Shown piece after piece: positions 1 through 9,227 of a stretch of 64,000 nucleotides of DNA; position 1 is the stretch's first letter; every line of letters begins with the position of its first letter. The stretch is from Acidimicrobiales bacterium (GTDB lineage Bacteria > Actinomycetota > Acidimicrobiia > Acidimicrobiales > Aldehydirespiratoraceae): NCBI GenBank assembly GCA_965116665.1, contig OZ220709.1:2516062-2580061 (forward strand). The letters run 5' to 3'. The translations under genes were made by a program, and so were the position numbers. The notes under the pieces are model-generated. The model saw only the letters and a program-made list of their open reading frames with translations, made no database searches and had not been told where the DNA came from.

Positions 1-2323
1 GTTCACGCAGTGGGGTGCCGAGGACACCGAGTTCGGGTACCGGGCCTACACGATGGGCGGCCTGCTGGTACCGGCTCGGGACGCGCTGTGCTGGCACCAG
101 GGAGCGGGCGCCGCGCCGAGCGAGGACGAGTCGGACAGCCTCAAGCTCCAGCAGGCCAAGATCTCGCAGCTGATCGCTCACCACAGCTTCCGCGAGACCG
201 CCCCCGGGCGGAGCTTCGCCGTGCCCCAGTACGTGGTGACGGTCGAAGCCGGCGATGCCGACGACCAGATGGGTACGGCCGAACAGGTGCTGGCCAACGG
301 GATCCACGACCTTGTTGTGTGGATCGCGGAGCCCGATGCGGTCCGAAGACCCGAGCGGGAGAGAGTCCGCCGGCTGCTGGCCGGCGATCCGAGGGTGCGG
401 TTCGGGCCTTCCGGCGGTGCGCCGTCGACGATCCCGGCGGCGTCATTCCACATCTCGGTTCCCGCCGGGGCCGCGGTGAGATCCACCGTGGTGGCCCGGC
501 TGCGCCGGCAACTCGGCGATTCGGCGCGAGCCTCCATCAAGCTGCCCGACCGCATGGCGGCCGAGATAGTCCGGACGCGCGCTCTCAACCGGGCGGCCCG
601 CAGCGGCATCGGTATCGACGAGCACGCCCTCGACCCCCGCCGGCGTCTCAGACCCACACGATTCTCAGCCCTCCGCAAGCTGGGCCGCGTGGTCGCTCAC
701 ATGTTCACCGAGGGTCGACGGATCCGCAGCCTCCGCGAGGCCCGCGACCTCGCGGGCTGGTTCCTGTCGTGGTTGGGGCGGGCCGCGGAGTGGAGACTCC
801 GTCGAGTGCTCCGTTGGCTGTACTGGACGACGCGGCGCCTGCATCGCGCTCTCAAGCGGCTGGCGCGCCGGCTGTACTGGCAGCTACGCCGGCTGCTCCA
901 GGCCGCCCACCGGCTGCTCCGAAGGTCCGCGGGATTGGCATGGACCGACCGCAGCGGCGACGACGCAGTGGCCGCGGCCCAGTACCGGCTGGGTCCGGAG
1001 ATCGCCGCACGGGGTCCCCGAGCGGAGGCGGTGCTGGCTGCCTCGGGCCGCGTCGGCTCAACCGTCGGGGAACTCACCGAAGCAGTGATCGTGGATACGC
1101 CGGAGATGGCCGAAGACATCGCAGCCGGCACCGGGATCGGCATCTCGGTGCTGTCGCAGACGGATCCTCGTGCCTCCGTCGCCGCCTTCGATGCTGAGAG
1201 CATCAACCCGGTGGGCTGGACCCCCGATCACCGCGGCCATGCCGTCGCGCTCGGAACGCCCGACCACCTGCCCCAACAGAAGCGAGCCCGCCGGAGTGTC
1301 AGCATCGAGGCCCGTTCGGTGTGCCGGCGGGCCCACCATGTGCTCGACACGGCCGCCTTCCACACCGACGCCCTGGCCAGGGCGGGCGCGCTGGCCGCGC
1401 TGGCCGCCGCCGGCGCGGTGGTTCACATCGCCGACAAGGACGCCGAACTGCACCACCGCCTGGGCTCGGAGCTCTACGGCCTCATGGCCGACGAGTCCAC
1501 CCTGACCGCCGACGAGCATCAGCGGGAGGCCTTGAGCGTCGCTATGCGCCGCAGCGCGCTGCGGGACCACTCGCTGCGGGCCCGTGTCCGCCAGTTGCTG
1601 GCCCCGACCGGCTTCTGCGGCCCGCCGCTGCCGGCCGTCTCGATCCTGCTCGCCACTAGGCGCCCCGATCGGGTGGCCGCGGCCATCGACGCGGTGGCAG
1701 GCCAGACCTACCCCTGCCTCGAGCTGGTGCTGGCGCTCCACGGTGAAGGATTCGACCGCGCTGGTATCGACCTCCGGTTGCGCGGCCTGGACCATCCCTC
1801 CCGGGTTGTCGAGGCGCCCGGGCACCTCCCGCTGGGAGCGGTGCTCAACGCGGCCTCCGACGAGTCCTCAGGATCGCTTCTGACCAAGTTCGACGACGAC
1901 GACCTGTACGGGCCCGAGCACGTGTGGGACCTCGTCCTCGCCCACGAGTACTCCCGGGCCGGTCTGGTGGGCAAGGGCGCGGAGTTCGTCTACCTCGAGG
2001 GCTCCGACGTCACGCTGCACCGCTGGAGAGGTGCGGGCGAGCGCTACATCACCACCCAGAGCATCGCCGGCGGCGCGCTGATGATCAGCAGACACTGCTT
2101 CGATGCGGTGCTGGGCTGGCGGCCGATACCTCGAAGCGTCGACCAGGCCATCATCGCCGATGTGGTTGCTGCCGGTCACCGGGTCTACCGCACCCACGGG
2201 ATGGGCTACGTGCTGGTTCGCCACGGCGAGGGGCACACCTGGCAAGCCGACGACGAGTACTTCCTTGCTCAGGCAAACGAGACCCGGACCGGCTGCGACC
2301 TCGCCTTCGCCGGCGTCGCCTGA
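1..2323 (+). CDS. Two-domain family-2 glycosyltransferase (5' end lies outside the window)
   Basis: The frame of ORF 53..2323 stays open back to nt 2. Nt 2-52 read FTQWGAEDTEFGYRAY, the conserved C-terminal motif of a first GT2 domain. A second GT2 domain follows (VSILLATRRPDRV...QTYP..ELVLALHG...FDDDDLYGPEHVW). Confidence 0.7.
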   Translation, partial: FTQWGAEDTEFGYRAYTMGGLLVPARDALCWHQGAGAAPSEDESDSLKLQQAKISQLIAHHSFRETAPGRSFAVPQYVVTVEAGDADDQMGTAEQVLANGIHDLVVWIAEPDAVRRPERERVRRLLAGDPRVRFGPSGGAPSTIPAASFHISVPAGAAVRSTVVARLRRQLGDSARASIKLPDRMAAEIVRTRALNRAARSGIGIDEHALDPRRRLRPTRFSALRKLGRVVAHMFTEGRRIRSLREARDLAGWFLSWLGRAAEWRLRRVLRWLYWTTRRLHRALKRLARRLYWQLRRLLQAAHRLLRRSAGLAWTDRSGDDAVAAAQYRLGPEIAARGPRAEAVLAASGRVGSTVGELTEAVIVDTPEMAEDIAAGTGIGISVLSQTDPRASVAAFDAESINPVGWTPDHRGHAVALGTPDHLPQQKRARRSVSIEARSVCRRAHHVLDTAAFHTDALARAGALAALAAAGAVVHIADKDAELHHRLGSELYGLMADESTLTADEHQREALSVAMRRSALRDHSLRARVRQLLAPTGFCGPPLPAVSILLATRRPDRVAAAIDAVAGQTYPCLELVLALHGEGFDRAGIDLRLRGLDHPSRVVEAPGHLPLGAVLNAASDESSGSLLTKFDDDDLYGPEHVWDLVLAHEYSRAGLVGKGAEFVYLEGSDVTLHRWRGAGERYITTQSIAGGALMISRHCFDAVLGWRPIPRSVDQAIIADVVAAGHRVYRTHGMGYVLVRHGEGHTWQADDEYFLAQANETRTGCDLAFAGVA

Positions 2324-2342
2324 GGGCCGGACCGGGTGGGCC

Positions 2343-3680
2343 TCAGGCCTCCCGGCGGTGGGCGGCGTACTCGAGGCGGAGCAGCCCGCCCGCCACCAGT
2401 GAGCCGGCCAGCACTGCGGCCACCAGCGCCAACTCCACCCGCAGGAACGGCTCCAGGTCGAGATTGGCCGTGACCGCGAAGGCGGCGATCCCCGCAACCC
2501 ATCCTGCCACTGCCAGCCGGGTGTGACCCAGCGCGACCAGTCCCAGCGTCAGCGACAGCATCAGCATCAGACCCCCGCCGCTGGCCGCCAGCAACGCCAT
2601 GTCCGTGCGGCCGAGTTCGTCGCCGAACACGATCCGCACGGCCAGAGGTCCGATGGCCGCGGCCGCCACGGTCGTGGCCGCCGCGGCGGCACCCACCGCG
2701 GCCACGATCTTGATCTGCATGTTGCGGAACCCCACCAGATCGCCCTGGCCGGCCAGGGTGGCCAGGCTGGGCAGCAGGCTCGCCTTCACCGCCTGGAAGA
2801 AGAACAGCGGGATCCGGGCGATGAGCATGCCGTTGAGGAAGACGCCGGGAGCCTCGGGGCCCAGCTCGTCGCCTCCCGCGATGTCCACCGCCACCGGCCC
2901 GACGTTGAGGATGAACGCCTCGCCGATGCTGGCGATCAGCAGGAATCCCATGGCCGGTGTGAGTTCCCGGTACGAGGCCGGTGGTCCCGGTCTGACGAAG
3001 GGCCGGCGGCCGGCGGCCACCACCGCCGCGGCGACCAGCGCGAAGGCGATGGCCAGGCCGTAGGCGCCCACCGCGGCCACCCCGGCCACGGCCAGGCCCA
3101 CGGCCACGGCCATGCGGGTCCCTCCCTCGACCACGAAGTACCAGGCGTACCGGTCGAAGAGGTGGCGCCCGCCGAGGATGCCCCGCACCAGCTGGGTGCC
3201 GGCGAAGGCCCCGAGGGCCAGCACGAGGGCCAGGAGCAGCTCGAGCCGGTCGTCGAGCAGGCTGTCGAGTCCCAGCGGCCAGGCCACCAGCAGCCCGGCC
3301 GCGACCAGCATGAACTGGGCGGCACCGAGGACTCCGGCCCGGCGCAGCACCGGAGCGCTTCCCACTCCCCGGCTGGCCCGATCCGCGGTGGCCCGTGACA
3401 CCTCCTGCTCCAGGGGCTGGAACAGGCCGAAGCCGCCGATGTTGACGAGGGCCCACAGTACGGCCAAGCCTCCGTAGCCCTCGTCGCCCAGGGCATGCCC
3501 GGCTACGACAAGGTACCCGTAGGTCGTGAGCCCGTTGACCACGAGCCCCCAGAAGATCCCCGAGGTGCCGAGGGGCAGCAGGTTCACAATGCGCGCCCGG
3601 AGATCCTTCAAAAACTGTCCGATGGCGCTGTCCTTTGCTCCGCTGTTGTTCGCTTCGCTCACGGGGCCGCTGGGGGCCAC
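2343..3680 (-). CDS. Polysaccharide biosynthesis / MOP-type flippase-like integral membrane protein
   Basis: 445-aa ORF made almost entirely of hydrophobic helices, convergent with (tail-to-tail, opposite strand) the GT2 gene. The first ~15 codons (MAPSGPVSEANNSG) overlap intergenic-repeat copy A, so the true start may lie downstream. Confidence 0.6.
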   Translation of the reverse strand: MAPSGPVSEANNSGAKDSAIGQFLKDLRARIVNLLPLGTSGIFWGLVVNGLTTYGYLVVAGHALGDEGYGGLAVLWALVNIGGFGLFQPLEQEVSRATADRASRGVGSAPVLRRAGVLGAAQFMLVAAGLLVAWPLGLDSLLDDRLELLLALVLALGAFAGTQLVRGILGGRHLFDRYAWYFVVEGGTRMAVAVGLAVAGVAAVGAYGLAIAFALVAAAVVAAGRRPFVRPGPPASYRELTPAMGFLLIASIGEAFILNVGPVAVDIAGGDELGPEAPGVFLNGMLIARIPLFFFQAVKASLLPSLATLAGQGDLVGFRNMQIKIVAAVGAAAAATTVAAAAIGPLAVRIVFGDELGRTDMALLAASGGGLMLMLSLTLGLVALGHTRLAVAGWVAGIAAFAVTANLDLEPFLRVELALVAAVLAGSLVAGGLLRLEYAAHRREA

Positions 3681-3700
3681 GGCCTCGCCAACGCTCGGCG
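3638..3700 (-). repeat. Intercistronic repeat family 1, copy A
   Basis: Minus strand reads GCCGAGCGTTGGCGAGGCCGTGGCCCCCAGCGGCCCCGTGAGCGAAGCGAACAACAGCGGAG. This is near-identical to the copies at 4922, 24817 and 29928. Confidence 0.7.
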
Positions 3701-3749
3701 TAGCGGCGGCAGACCTCCCGGAGTCTAGGAGGCGGCGGGGCCGCCGGAG

Positions 3750-4916
3750 CTAGCTCTGCGAGACGGTCGGCATGCAGAGGCCGTCGAGTTCCCCGACCTG
3801 GATGCGGTCGCGGTTGTCGTAGGTGACCTCGTTGGATGGGTCGACCCGCAGCTTGAACTCGCGGAAGCTCATCTCCAGTGCATCGAAGGCCACCAGACGG
3901 CCCCGCAGCGAGTCCCCGACGCCGAGGATCAGCTTGAGGGCCTCCAGGGCCTGCACACTTCCGACGATGCCGGGCAGCACGCCCAGAACCCCGGCCTCGG
4001 CGCAGCTCGGAGCCATCTCCGGCGGCGGCGGCTCGGGCAGCATGTCGCGGTAGGTGGGCCCGTTGCGTGGATCGAACACCGTGATCTGACCCTCGAAGCG
4101 GAAGATCGACCCGTGCACCACCGGTATGCCGAGTTTCACCGAGGCGTCGTTGAGCAGGTAGCGGCTCGGGAAGTTGTCGGCCCCGTCCACGACCACGTCG
4201 TAGCCCTCGAGGATCTCCATGATGTTGTCGGCTCCCAGCCGGGTGTCGTAGGTGACCACGTTGACGTCGGGGTTCAGCGCGGTCAGCGTCTTCTTGGCCG
4301 AGTCCACCTTGCGGTCCCCCACCCGGTCGACGTTGTGGAGGATCTGGCGCTGCAGGTTGGACTCGTCCACCACGTCCATGTCGATGACGCCGATGGTGCC
4401 CACACCCGCGGCGGCCAGGTACAGCGCCGCCGGGGAGCCGAGCCCGCCCGCGCCGAGCAGCAGGACCTTGGCGTCGAGCAGCTTGAGCTGCCCCTCCTCG
4501 CCCACCTCCGGCACCAGCAGGTGGCGCTGGTAGCGGTTGCGCTGGTCCGGGGTCAGGGTCCGGGGACGCTCCCAGGCCCGGCACTCGTCCTTCCACTTGT
4601 TGAAGCCGCCGTCCATGGACACGACGTCGGTGTAGCCCATCTGCTCGAGAGTGACCGCCGCGAATGCGGAGCGCACGCCGCCGGCGCACATGGCCACCAC
4701 CGGGGTGGACCGGTCTGCGATCCGGTTCTCGATGCTCGACTCGAGCTGGCCCCGGGGGATGTGCACCGACCCGGCGATGGCGCCCTGCTCGTACTCGTCG
4801 GGCTCGCGCACGTCCAGGAGGATCCAACCCTCGGCCAGCAGCTGCTCGCCGGCCGCGGTGTCGACCTCGCGGATCTCGGACTTCGCCTGCTGAAGCAGTT
4901 CTCTGAAACTCGCCAT
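3750..4916 (-). CDS. Rhodanese-ThiF/MoeB-type adenylyltransferase/sulfurtransferase (MoeZ-like, rhodanese domain N-terminal)
   Basis: N-terminal rhodanese domain (LLDVREPDEYEQG...MCAGGVRS...GGFNKW). It is followed by a ThiF/MoeB domain (LLLGAGGLGSPAALYLAAAGVG, NLQRQILH, SCAEAGVLG). Confidence 0.85.
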   Translation of the reverse strand: MASFRELLQQAKSEIREVDTAAGEQLLAEGWILLDVREPDEYEQGAIAGSVHIPRGQLESSIENRIADRSTPVVAMCAGGVRSAFAAVTLEQMGYTDVVSMDGGFNKWKDECRAWERPRTLTPDQRNRYQRHLLVPEVGEEGQLKLLDAKVLLLGAGGLGSPAALYLAAAGVGTIGVIDMDVVDESNLQRQILHNVDRVGDRKVDSAKKTLTALNPDVNVVTYDTRLGADNIMEILEGYDVVVDGADNFPSRYLLNDASVKLGIPVVHGSIFRFEGQITVFDPRNGPTYRDMLPEPPPPEMAPSCAEAGVLGVLPGIVGSVQALEALKLILGVGDSLRGRLVAFDALEMSFREFKLRVDPSNEVTYDNRDRIQVGELDGLCMPTVSQS

Positions 4917-4921
4917 TGATA

Positions 4922-4973
4922 CCCGCTCCTGTTCGCTCCGCTCACGGGCCCCGGCCTCGCAAGCTCGGCCTCT
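4922..4973 (-). repeat. Intercistronic repeat family 1, copy B (shortened)
   Basis: Minus strand reads AGAGGCCGAGCTTGCGAGGCCGGGGCCCGTGAGCGGAGCGAACAGGAGCGGG and ends 5 nt before the ATG at 4916. Confidence 0.65.
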
Positions 4974-4977
4974 GGGC

Positions 4978-5007
4978 CTAAATCCTACCTGTCTTGTCAG
5001 GATTTAG
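4978..5007. terminator. AT-rich hairpin overlapping the sirtuin stop codon (9-bp stem, 12-nt loop)
   Basis: CTAAATCCT (4978-4986) pairs with AGGATTTAG (4999-5007). It sits between the stop of 5004..5786 and the next gene on the same strand. There is no U-tract. Confidence 0.4.
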
Positions 5008-5786
5008 CCACCCGAGCCGTCCATACGGCAGATCATGGGCAGGACATCACTGATGGAGGCGTTGACCAGTACGTCGGCCAGGGAGTCGAACTCGGTGGGC
5101 TCGCCGTTCACGATCACCAGCCGGGCCCCGGAGTGCACCGCGATCACCGCCGTCCGGTTGATGGGCGACACCGCCAGCGTGGTCCCCACCGCCAGGAACA
5201 GATCACATTCGGTCGAGGCCCGCTCGGCCCGGTCCAGGTCAACCGGGTTGAGGCTCTGCCCGAACGACACGGTGGCCGCCTTGAGGATCCAGCCGCACTC
5301 CGGGCACCCGGGGTCATCCTCGCCGGCCCTCACCCTCTCCAGGGCCACCTCGATGTCGTCGCGGTAGTCGCAGGCCAGGCACTGCACCTTGCGGGTGGTG
5401 CCGTGGATCTCCACCACACGCTCGGGGTCGCTGCCGGCCCGCTGGTGGAGTTCGTCCACGTTCTGGGTGATGAGCAGGTGGAGCTTGCCCCGCTCCTCCA
5501 GATGCACGAGCGCCTCATGTCCCCGGTTGGGCTCGACATCGCCCCACAGCGCGCCCGAGGCCCGGCGGGCCCAGTTGCTGCGGCGGACCTCGGGGTCCGA
5601 GACGTAGACATTGATGTTGGAGGCCCGCTCGGCCGCGGGGTCCCGCGTCCAAAGGCCCTTGGGCCCCCGGAAGTCCGGCAGGCCGCTGTCGGTGGAGATG
5701 CCCGCACCGGTGAGCACGGTCACCCGTTCGGCGGCGTCCACCAGCCGGCGGGCCGCGACCGCCGCGTCGGCGGCACCGGTGAGCAT
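5004..5786 (-). CDS. cobB: NAD-dependent protein deacylase, Sir2 family
   Basis: GAGISTDSGLPDFRGPKGLW, TQNVDELHQRAG, and Zn-ribbon cysteines (CLAC...CPEC). Confidence 0.85.
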   Translation of the reverse strand: MLTGAADAAVAARRLVDAAERVTVLTGAGISTDSGLPDFRGPKGLWTRDPAAERASNINVYVSDPEVRRSNWARRASGALWGDVEPNRGHEALVHLEERGKLHLLITQNVDELHQRAGSDPERVVEIHGTTRKVQCLACDYRDDIEVALERVRAGEDDPGCPECGWILKAATVSFGQSLNPVDLDRAERASTECDLFLAVGTTLAVSPINRTAVIAVHSGARLVIVNGEPTEFDSLADVLVNASISDVLPMICRMDGSGG

Positions 5787-5842
5787 CGAGCCAGCGTAGC
5801 GCCAGGGGTGGGGCCGGCTTGGCTCGTCGCCATTGGAGGCGC

Positions 5843-5948
5843 AAGACAGATACAGCAGCAGAATCGTATTTCAATTTCAGTTTGACTTACTGTAACTAAA
5901 AATCAATACTATTTCAGCAATACTTCCCCCTTCAGTTGCAACATTCGG
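5843..5948. promoter_or_regulatory. AT-rich divergent promoter region with reiterated (A)TTTCAG motifs
   Basis: By my count about one third G+C over 5861-5940, in an otherwise very GC-rich window. ATTTCA occurs at 5868, 5874 and 5911. TTCAG occurs at 5876, 5913 and 5931. Confidence 0.45.
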
Positions 5949-5981
5949 CGCTCGCGCGCGCTCTACTTCGGAGAGACTCCC

Positions 5982-6608
5982 ATGACCATCACCAGCAAGC
6001 ACCCTGCGACCATCATCGAGGCCGACGTGGTCACGCTCATTCCCTGGACGGACCACCGCAAGGACGTGTTCGGTCACGACCTCAGGTCGGCCTACGTCGA
6101 GCAGTTCTGGCTGCCGACGCTCGGGCCCTCCACCACCTGGTTCCTGCGGCATTGCGCGGCCGTGCTCGAAGACGCCGACGATGTGGCGGTCAACCTGCGA
6201 GAGACGGCCTGCGCGCTGGGCATCGGCTTCGAGGGCGGCTCCCGGAGCGCGATGGTCAAGACCGTCGCTCGCGCCTGCCGCTTCCGGGCGGCCCGAGCCG
6301 TGGGCTCCACGACGCTGGCCGTGCGCCTGCGCCTGCCTCAGCTCAGCCATCGCCAGCTGCAGCGCCTGCCTGCGTCGCTCCAGCAGCGCCACGGGGAATA
6401 CGTCGCCACCGGCGGAGGGACCGACGGCGTCAGGGAGCAGCTGCTGCGGGCCCGGCGGCTGGCCCTGGGTCTGGTGGAGTGCGGCGACACCCTCAGCGAG
6501 GCCGAGCGGCAGCTGAACCGGCTCAGGTTCCATCCAGCCATCGCGGCCGACGCCGTCCGCTGGGCATGGAGCCTCCATCACGGCCGGGTACCCCCCGAGG
6601 CGGCCTGA
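5982..6608 (+). CDS. Hypothetical protein
   Basis: 208-aa ATG-initiated ORF with GC-rich third positions. I recognise no family. Confidence 0.5.
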   Translation: MTITSKHPATIIEADVVTLIPWTDHRKDVFGHDLRSAYVEQFWLPTLGPSTTWFLRHCAAVLEDADDVAVNLRETACALGIGFEGGSRSAMVKTVARACRFRAARAVGSTTLAVRLRLPQLSHRQLQRLPASLQQRHGEYVATGGGTDGVREQLLRARRLALGLVECGDTLSEAERQLNRLRFHPAIAADAVRWAWSLHHGRVPPEAA

Positions 6609-6652
6609 GAGGGTGCGCGGGTTTGAAGTAGCGTCGGGGCTCCGGCCAGGGG

Positions 6653-7705
6653 GTGCACATGGAGCCAGCAATACCGGACGGCATCGACGGCATCGACGAC
6701 GACTGGCTCTCGCAGGCCATGGGTTCGTCCGTGCGGATCGCCCAAGTGGCCGACATCGGGACCGGGGTCGGGATGATCGGCGCCATCTACCGGGTCACGC
6801 TGGAGGGCGACTGCCCCGACACCGTGGTCATCAAGCTGCCCGGCCTCGACGAGACGGCCCGCTTCACGGCCCAGATCCTGCGCCTCAACATCCGCGAGGT
6901 CGGCTTCTACCGCGAGCTGGCCGCCGAGAGCCCCATCCGGGTCCCCCACTGCCACTTCGGCGCGGTCGACGGTGAGACCCACCAGTTCGTGCTGGTGCTC
7001 GAGGACGTCGGCTCGTACCGGGCGGTGAGCCAGGTCGACGGTATGGGCCCCGCCGACGCCGGGCAGGCCGTGGACGAGCTGGCCGCCTGGCACGCCCACT
7101 GGTGGGGCAAGGCCGGCCCGATCGTGGAGCGTGGCACCGCGATGGCGATCCACGACCCCATCTACCCGATGCTGTTGCCGCCGGTGTTCTCCGACGGCTG
7201 GGCCAAGGTCAGGGGGGCCATGAGCGTCCCCCCGGCGGTGGAGACGGTCGCCGACGGCTGGGTGGAGGCCCTCCCGGAGATGCTGGGGTCCCTGGCCACT
7301 ACCCCGAGCACCCTGGTCCACGGCGACTACCGGGCCGACAACATGTTCTTCGACGACGGCGGCCGGGTCGTGCTGCTCGACTTCCAGGTCATCGGCCAGT
7401 CCATGCCGGTGGGCGACCTGGCCTACTTCGTCACCGGGAGCCTCTCCCCCGCCACCGCCTCTGAGATCGAGCCGGGCCTGTATGGGCGCTGGCTGCAAGC
7501 GTTGGTGGCCGAGGGCGTGCCCGAGTCCGAACTCGACGGGATGTGGGACATCTACCGGGGGGCGGTGCTGTTCTGTGTCTGCTACCCGATGATCGCGGGA
7601 GCGGGCATGGACCTCACCGACGAGCGCCAGCGGGGTCTGCTGGAGGCCACCTTCGAGCGCTTCGAGCGGGCCGCCGACGAGCTGAGCCTGACCGACCTGC
7701 TCTGA
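6653..7705 (+). CDS. Phosphotransferase (APH/CHK-like kinase fold) family protein
   Basis: Catalytic-loop signature LVHGDYRADNMFF followed by VLLDFQ. Confidence 0.7.
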   Translation: MHMEPAIPDGIDGIDDDWLSQAMGSSVRIAQVADIGTGVGMIGAIYRVTLEGDCPDTVVIKLPGLDETARFTAQILRLNIREVGFYRELAAESPIRVPHCHFGAVDGETHQFVLVLEDVGSYRAVSQVDGMGPADAGQAVDELAAWHAHWWGKAGPIVERGTAMAIHDPIYPMLLPPVFSDGWAKVRGAMSVPPAVETVADGWVEALPEMLGSLATTPSTLVHGDYRADNMFFDDGGRVVLLDFQVIGQSMPVGDLAYFVTGSLSPATASEIEPGLYGRWLQALVAEGVPESELDGMWDIYRGAVLFCVCYPMIAGAGMDLTDERQRGLLEATFERFERAADELSLTDLL

Positions 7706-7735
7706 GCCGACGGGTGCCTCGGGACCGCCCGCCGG

Positions 7736-9202
7736 TCAGCGGGCCGCGCTGAACGTCGAGGCCAGCTCGATCAGGGTGCGCACTCCGAAGCCGGTGCCGC
7801 CCTTGGTGATCTCGGCGTCGTCGGACTCGGCCCGGGCCGGGCCGGCGATGTCGAGGTGGGCCCAACAGATGGCGTCGTCCACGAACTCCTTCAGGATCAG
7901 CCCCGCAGTCAGGGCTCCCCCGTGGTTGCCGCCGATGTTCTTGATGTCGGCCACGTTCGACTCGATCTGCTTGGCGTAGTCGGCCGGCAGCGGCAGCGGC
8001 CACACCCGCTCGCCGGCGCGGTCCGCCGCCGCCCGGACCTGGTCGATGAACGCCTCGTCGTTGCCCATCAGCCCGGCGATCGACGGTCCCAGAGCAACCA
8101 TGCAGGCGCCGGTGAGGGTGGCCAGGTCGACGATGGCGTCGGGCTCGTCCTCGCAGGCCAGGGCCAGTGCGTCGGCCAGGATCAGGCGGCCCTCGGCGTC
8201 GGTGTTGAGCACCTCGATGGTCTTGCCGCTGCGGGTGGTCAGCACGTCGCCGGGCCGGGTGGCGTCGCCGCCGAGCATGTTGTCGGTCATGGGCAGGTAA
8301 CCCTTGACCCGCACCGGCGCGCCCACGACGGGCAGCACCGACATGGCCCCGATAATGGCGGCCGCGCCGCACATGTCCATCTTCATGGCCATCATGCCCT
8401 GGGCGGTCTTGATGGACAGGCCCCCGGCGTCGAAGGTGATCCCCTTGCCCACGTACGCGAGCGTCGCCGCGGGGTCTGAATGGGGCTCGTAGGTCAGCTC
8501 CACGAAGCGGGGCGGCTGGCTGCTGCCCCGGTTGACGCCGAGCAATCCCCCGAGACGCTCCGCCCTGATCTCCGCCTCGGTCCAGACCTTGACCTCCAAG
8601 CCGGCCTGTTGGGCGACCTCTGCCGCCTTGTCAGCAAAGACGGGGGCGGTGAGCGAGCCGCCCGGCTCATTGGCGAGATCGCGGGCCACGCACACGCCGG
8701 CCGCGACGGCCGCGCCCCGGGCCACCGCGTCCTTGGCCGCGGCCGCGGCGCTGCCCACGATGTCGACCCGGGCCAGCTTGGCGGAGCCGTCGCCTCCGTT
8801 GTTCCCGCCGGTGGACGACTTGAAGGCGGTGTAGCGGTAGCCGCCGAGGATCACACCCTCGGCCAGGGCCCGGCGGGCCTCGGCCGACCGAACGGAGACG
8901 TCGCCGGGCAGGCTGACCGCGGCGCGGCCGTGGCGCGAGCACGAGCGGGCCAGCATGGCGCCGGCTCGCCGGAGGGTGGCCTCGGTCACCTCGGTGGCCG
9001 GGCCCAGCCCGACCAGCCCGGTGAAGCCGCCCTCGGCCGGCTGGAGGTGGACCTGGTCGGCCTTGCCCTCGAACCCGACGGCCTCGAGGACCGCGGCGTC
9101 GAAGCCGTCGACGCCGGAGGAGACCGCCTCTGAGCTGACCATGGCGATGCTGGCGGTGGCCGCCTTGGGGACCGAGCGGACTGCGTGAACGGTGATCGGC
9201 AT
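7736..9202 (-). CDS. pepA: Leucyl aminopeptidase (M17)
   Basis: M17 signature NTDAEGRLILADAL, plus GKGITFDAGGLSIK. Confidence 0.9.
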   Translation of the reverse strand: MPITVHAVRSVPKAATASIAMVSSEAVSSGVDGFDAAVLEAVGFEGKADQVHLQPAEGGFTGLVGLGPATEVTEATLRRAGAMLARSCSRHGRAAVSLPGDVSVRSAEARRALAEGVILGGYRYTAFKSSTGGNNGGDGSAKLARVDIVGSAAAAAKDAVARGAAVAAGVCVARDLANEPGGSLTAPVFADKAAEVAQQAGLEVKVWTEAEIRAERLGGLLGVNRGSSQPPRFVELTYEPHSDPAATLAYVGKGITFDAGGLSIKTAQGMMAMKMDMCGAAAIIGAMSVLPVVGAPVRVKGYLPMTDNMLGGDATRPGDVLTTRSGKTIEVLNTDAEGRLILADALALACEDEPDAIVDLATLTGACMVALGPSIAGLMGNDEAFIDQVRAAADRAGERVWPLPLPADYAKQIESNVADIKNIGGNHGGALTAGLILKEFVDDAICWAHLDIAGPARAESDDAEITKGGTGFGVRTLIELASTFSAAR

Positions 9203-9227
9203 CCGGCAAGGCTAACGGCCGGACATG

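Noticed and set aside
2269-4827. 852-aa minus-strand ORF rich in Arg/Gly/Pro
   Set aside because: It overlaps two well-supported genes (flippase, rhodanese-ThiF) in another frame and has no recognisable motifs. It is a typical stop-poor off-frame artefact of high-G+C DNA.
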